From contig JAZTXM010000002.1 of assembly GCA_045636425.1 (NCBI GenBank), positions 93,951 to 157,950 of the forward strand: a stretch of DNA of 64,000 bases, in the 5' to 3' direction. The stretch comes from Clostridia bacterium (GTDB taxonomy: Bacteria; Bacillota; Clostridia; UMGS1883). Position 1 is the first letter of the stretch. The number at the start of each line of letters is the position of its first letter. The notes beneath the pieces are model-generated. The model was not told the origin of the DNA. It worked only from the letters and a program-made list of their open reading frames with translations, and searched no databases. The position numbers and the translations under genes were made by a program. Of the stretch, positions 60,461 through 64,000 are shown one piece after another.

Positions 60461-61858
60461 ATGAAATTAGTTTACAATGTAAACGACAAACCCAAATTTA
60501 CACAACTCATTATCTTTGCCATTCAACAGCTTCTGGCAATTATGACCGCAACACTTGTTGTGCCAGTTATCATCAGCACGGACAAAGGGCTGATTGAACT
60601 CGGCAAAAATCCTTCCATGAGCTCAGCAGCAGCTCTTTTCGGTGCAGGTGTAGGTACTTTGGTATATCTTCTCTTCACCAAAAAGAAAAGCCCTGTTTTC
60701 CTCGGCTCATCCTTTGCATTTATAGGTTCAATGCTTGCCGCATTTGCCGGTGCTGTATCTATGCAAGCAGGTTTTCTCGGTCTTGTTATCGGTGCGTTTT
60801 TTGCAGGTCTTGTATATGTGGTTATTGCCATAATTGTTAAATTTGCAGGTGTTAACTGGATTTCAAAGCTTATGCCTGCTGTTGTAATCGGTCCCACTGT
60901 TGCAATTATTGGTCTCTCTCTTGCAGGAAACGCAGTAGGAGATATTTCAAAAGGTAGCATTGCTGATGCCGCGGGTATTCCGGTTGCATCACCCATTGCG
61001 ACAGTTTTCTGTGGACTGGTTACACTTATTATCACGATTATTTGTTCCACCTATGGCAAGAAATTTATTAAGCTGATTCCTTTTATTTTTGGTATTTTAG
61101 GTGGCTATTCCGTGGCACTCGTTCTTACTCTTATCGGAAATGCTGCAAATATCAATGCAATAAGAATCCTCAATCTTCAGCCTTTCTGTGACCTTGTGTC
61201 AAACGGCGTTAGTCTCAGCACATTTTTCTCGGTTCCCGACTTTACATTCCTTAATGCATACAAGGGCTTCGGAGACATCACTGCTTCCTATATAGGTACT
61301 GTTGCAGTAGCATATATCCCCGTTGCATTTGTTGTTTTTGCAGAGCATCTTGCAGACCACAAAAATATCTCTTCAATCATAGAAACAGATCTTCTTGAAG
61401 TTCCCGGCCTTCACAGAACACTTCTCGGCGACGGTATCGGCTCTATGGTGGGTGCACTTTTCGGTGGCTGCCCCAACACTACTTATGGCGAATCTGTAGG
61501 CTGTGTGGCTATAACAAAGAACGCTTCTGTTGTGACAATTATGTCAGCTGCAATCCTTGCAATCCTAATATCTTTCGTCTCTCCCTTCATCGCTTTTGTT
61601 AATTCAATTCCTTCTTGTGTAATGGGAGGTGTGTGTATGGCACTTTACGGTTTCATCGCTGTATCAGGTCTTAAAATGATTCAAACTGTAAACCTTAATG
61701 CGAACAAGAATCTTTTCGTTGTTTCTACAATCCTCATCGCAGGTATCGGTGGTCTTACACTCACATTTGGCAAAGTAACTCTCACTTCCGTTGCATGTGC
61801 ACTTATCCTTGGAATTATCGTAAATCTCCTTGTATCAAAAGCTAAGGATGAGGAATAA
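60461..61858 (+). CDS. pyrP: NCS2-family uracil/xanthine permease
   Basis: 465 aa, polytopic, NCS2 pattern. Immediately followed by upp. Confidence 0.8.
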   Translation: MKLVYNVNDKPKFTQLIIFAIQQLLAIMTATLVVPVIISTDKGLIELGKNPSMSSAAALFGAGVGTLVYLLFTKKKSPVFLGSSFAFIGSMLAAFAGAVSMQAGFLGLVIGAFFAGLVYVVIAIIVKFAGVNWISKLMPAVVIGPTVAIIGLSLAGNAVGDISKGSIADAAGIPVASPIATVFCGLVTLIITIICSTYGKKFIKLIPFIFGILGGYSVALVLTLIGNAANINAIRILNLQPFCDLVSNGVSLSTFFSVPDFTFLNAYKGFGDITASYIGTVAVAYIPVAFVVFAEHLADHKNISSIIETDLLEVPGLHRTLLGDGIGSMVGALFGGCPNTTYGESVGCVAITKNASVVTIMSAAILAILISFVSPFIAFVNSIPSCVMGGVCMALYGFIAVSGLKMIQTVNLNANKNLFVVSTILIAGIGGLTLTFGKVTLTSVACALILGIIVNLLVSKAKDEE

Positions 61859-61876
61859 TAACATCGGAGGACAGCT

Positions 61877-62506
61877 ATGAAAAACGTCACAATTTTTGAT
61901 CATCCGCTGATTCAGCACAAAACCACATTACTTAGAAAAACCTCTACTACCAACAAGGAATTCCGTGAGCTTGTGGAAGAAATCACTATGCTGATGTGCT
62001 ATGAATCGCTCCGTGATTTACCGCTTGAAGATGTGGAAATTGAAACTCCCATTACAAAAACCACTCAAAAAATGATTAAAGGCAAGAAGCTGGCTGTAGT
62101 ACCCATTCTCCGTGCGGGGCTGGGTATGGTGAACGGACTTCTGAAGCTTGTTCCTTCCGCAAAGGTTGGACATATCGGAATGTACCGTGATGAGGAAACT
62201 ATGATTCCCCATCCCTATTACTGCAAGCTTCCCAAGGATATTGAAAACAGACTTATAGTAGTGGTGGATCCCATGCTGGCAACAGGCGGAAGTGCCATTG
62301 ATGCAATCAGCCAGATAAAGTCAGTAGGCGGATCAAATATTAAGTTCCTGTGCCTTATTGCCGCTCCCGAAGGAATTGAAGCACTGACTGCAGCACATCC
62401 CGACGTACAGATTTACTGTGCAAATGTGGATGAAAAGCTTAACGAAAAGTGCTATATCGTTCCCGGTCTGGGCGATGCAGGAGACAGAATCTTCGGAACT
62501 AAATAA
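61877..62506 (+). CDS. upp: Uracil phosphoribosyltransferase
   Basis: 209 aa. [32 protein letters not shown]...[12 protein letters not shown]. Confidence 0.95.
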   Translation: MKNVTIFDHPLIQHKTTLLRKTSTTNKEFRELVEEITMLMCYESLRDLPLEDVEIETPITKTTQKMIKGKKLAVVPILRAGLGMVNGLLKLVPSAKVGHIGMYRDEETMIPHPYYCKLPKDIENRLIVVVDPMLATGGSAIDAISQIKSVGGSNIKFLCLIAAPEGIEALTAAHPDVQIYCANVDEKLNEKCYIVPGLGDAGDRIFGTK

Positions 62507-62516
62507 AAACTATATT

Positions 62517-62560
62517 AAAAAAGCAAAACAGGTGTGACGGTCACACCTGTTTTGCTTTTT
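62517..62560 (+). terminator. Intrinsic terminator after upp
   Basis: AAAAGCAAAACAGGTGTGAC-G-GTCACACCTGTTTTGCTTTTTT. Confidence 0.85.
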
Positions 62561-62587
62561 TAATATAATAAATAGTGGAGGTGTTAT

Positions 62588-63391
62588 ATGGATAACTATG
62601 TCTTTATGGCACTGCTTGCAACCCTCGGCACATGGTTTGTAACTGCACTGGGGGCGGCGACGGTTGCCTTTTTCAAATCTCCTAATCCTAAAATTTTAAA
62701 TCTGATGCTGGGATTTGCATCAGGGGTTATGATAGCGGCAAGCTTCTGGTCACTTCTTCAGCCTGCCATAGAACGGGCGGAGGCTATTTCTGCCTTGCCT
62801 TCCTATTTTGTTGCAACAACAGGCTTTTTGCTGGGAGCCATTTTCATGTGGCTTTCCGACAAAGCCGTTTCTTTCGCAAGAAAAAAAGCCGATAATGCTC
62901 AGGGAGAAACAAGTGAGAAGCTTAATCGCATTATCATGCTTATTCTTTCAATTACATTACACAATATCCCCGAAGGGCTGGCAGTGGGGGTTGCCTTTGG
63001 TGCATTGGGAAGCGGAAACTTCAGTACAGAGGCACTTATGGGCGCAATCACAATTGCAGTCGGTATAGGACTGCAAAATTTTCCCGAAGGGGCGGCGGTT
63101 TCTCTGCCACTTCGGAGAGAGGGCTATTCAAGAAAGAAGTGCTTTCTATGCGGTCAGGCATCGGGAATGGTGGAGCCATTTGCAGGGGTTTTGGGTGCCT
63201 GCCTGGTGGTATACATGGAAAAAATTTTACCCTATGCTCTTTCATTTGCCGCAGGCGCCATGATTTTAGTTGCTGTGCATGAGCTTATCCCTGAATGTCA
63301 GCGAGAAAGAAAATGCCACCCCTATTTTTCCACAATGGGAATTATATCGGGCTTTGCGGTGATGATGCTCCTTGATGTGATGCTGGGTTAA
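62588..63391 (+). CDS. ZIP-family metal (zinc) transporter
   Basis: 267 aa. HNIPEGLAVG and HELIPE metal-binding TM motifs. Confidence 0.85.
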   Translation: MDNYVFMALLATLGTWFVTALGAATVAFFKSPNPKILNLMLGFASGVMIAASFWSLLQPAIERAEAISALPSYFVATTGFLLGAIFMWLSDKAVSFARKKADNAQGETSEKLNRIIMLILSITLHNIPEGLAVGVAFGALGSGNFSTEALMGAITIAVGIGLQNFPEGAAVSLPLRREGYSRKKCFLCGQASGMVEPFAGVLGACLVVYMEKILPYALSFAAGAMILVAVHELIPECQRERKCHPYFSTMGIISGFAVMMLLDVMLG

Positions 63392-63419
63392 AATTAAGGC
63401 GTAAAAAAGCTGAGCTTTT

Positions 63420-64000
63420 TTACGCCTTAATTTTAACCCATGTATTGGGAACAGGAGCTTCGATAATTATATCTTCACCCGTAAGCGGATGGGGAAAGCT
63501 TATTTTTCTGCAATGAAGGCACATAAATTCTTCGTTTGAATTTCCGTACAGGCTATCACCATATATGGGACAGCCCATATGGTTCATATGCACTCTTAGC
63601 TGATGTGTTCTGCCTGTAATGGGAATAAGTCTTACCAAAGAATATTTTCCGTCCGTATTTAAAACCTCGTATTTTGTATTGGCTTCTTTTCCGGAAGATG
63701 AAACAATTCGCCGCATGGAGTTTTCTTCTTTCTTTATGGGCACATTTATCTCGCCCACGGACGCACTGAGAGACCCCTTTACAACCGCAATATATTCCTT
63801 TTGAATTTCCTTTCGCTTCATCAAATCCGTCAGAAGTGCCGCTGCATGCGAGTTTTTTGCCGCAAGCAGCACACCTGTGGTATCTTTGTCAAGACGGGTT
63901 ATTATGTGCCCCGCATAGCCCATGTAATATTTCAGTGCATTTGCCAAAGTATCATTCTGATGCAGGCGTGAGGGATGCGACGGCATGGCGAAGGGCTTAT
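63420..64000 (-). CDS. RluA-family pseudouridine synthase (partial; N-terminus lies beyond the window end)
   Basis: RLDKDTTGVLL catalytic Asp motif and HQLRVH. The ORF is open to the window edge. Confidence 0.7.
   Translation of the reverse strand, partial: KPFAMPSHPSRLHQNDTLANALKYYMGYAGHIITRLDKDTTGVLLAAKNSHAAALLTDLMKRKEIQKEYIAVVKGSLSASVGEINVPIKKEENSMRRIVSSSGKEANTKYEVLNTDGKYSLVRLIPITGRTHQLRVHMNHMGCPIYGDSLYGNSNEEFMCLHCRKISFPHPLTGEDIIIEAPVPNTWVKIKA

Noticed and set aside
60523-61050. 175-aa minus-strand ORF
   Set aside because: Antisense to the uracil permease gene, with no RBS. It is a shadow ORF.

Overview
This window looks like a low-GC Firmicutes (Clostridia-like, spore-forming) chromosome segment, dominated by an accessory surface-glycan locus followed by conserved housekeeping operons.

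**Surface-glycan locus (about 1-17.1 kb).** It is visibly AT-rich and runs mostly on the minus strand. It has three GT4 glycosyltransferases, one GT2 glycosyltransferase, a Wzx flippase, a Wzy-like polymerase, a PglC-like priming transferase and a hexapeptide acetyltransferase. Unusually for such a locus, it also carries many amide-forming and amino-sugar enzymes:
- two TupA-like ATP-grasp paralogs;
- at least two other ATP-grasp ligases, plus a third N-terminal fragment at the window edge;
- a FemAB-like aminoacyl transferase;
- one canonical and two short, divergent DegT-like PLP enzymes.

This points to a polysaccharide decorated with amino acids or a short peptide (teichuronopeptide-like). 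It is the strongest candidate for an undescribed system in the window.

**17-25.8 kb.**
- A LysR-type regulator.
- An MBOAT and DltD/SGNH-like pair for O-acylation.
- An orphan DctM-like TRAP permease with an 88-aa membrane partner and no binding-protein gene nearby.
- trpS (tryptophanyl-tRNA synthetase).
- tagO/wecA and mnaA (wall-glycopolymer priming and UDP-GlcNAc 2-epimerase).

**25.8-32.8 kb.** A complete F1Fo ATP synthase operon, atpZ-atpI-atpBEFHAGDC. A gene for a membrane-anchored hypothetical protein is translationally coupled to atpC.

**33.5-35.2 kb.**
- A structured-RNA candidate: a closing helix enclosing two hairpins, followed by a terminator-like hairpin that sequesters a Shine-Dalgarno (SD) sequence.
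- Two hypothetical genes downstream of it.

**35.2-44 kb.** The relA-recJ neighbourhood:
- a YfcE-like phosphoesterase;
- a uridine-kinase-family fusion protein;
- a HemZ-like radical SAM protein;
- an MBL hydrolase;
- relA and recJ;
- a 177-bp element with about 35-bp imperfect terminal inverted repeats, filling the relA/MBL intergenic space.

**44-48.2 kb.**
- A choloylglycine (bile-salt) hydrolase family gene.
- A Cys-rich MazG-like small protein.
- A large SLH-anchored trypsin-like protease with an Fn3 domain and NNYQSG repeats. A long imperfect inverted repeat sits in its leader.

**48.4-64 kb.**
- The conserved yabP-yabQ-divIC-S1(yabR) sporulation/division cluster.
- uvrB and uvrA.
- Transporters: EamA, AEC, NCS2 uracil permease with upp, and ZIP.
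- A ferritin-like-VIT fusion protein.
- An Ldh_2 dehydrogenase.
- A histidine phosphatase.
- An unannotated 42-aa ORF with its own ribosome-binding site (RBS) and terminator.
- A partial RluA pseudouridine synthase gene at the window end.

No rRNA or tRNA genes, CRISPR arrays or transposase genes were seen.
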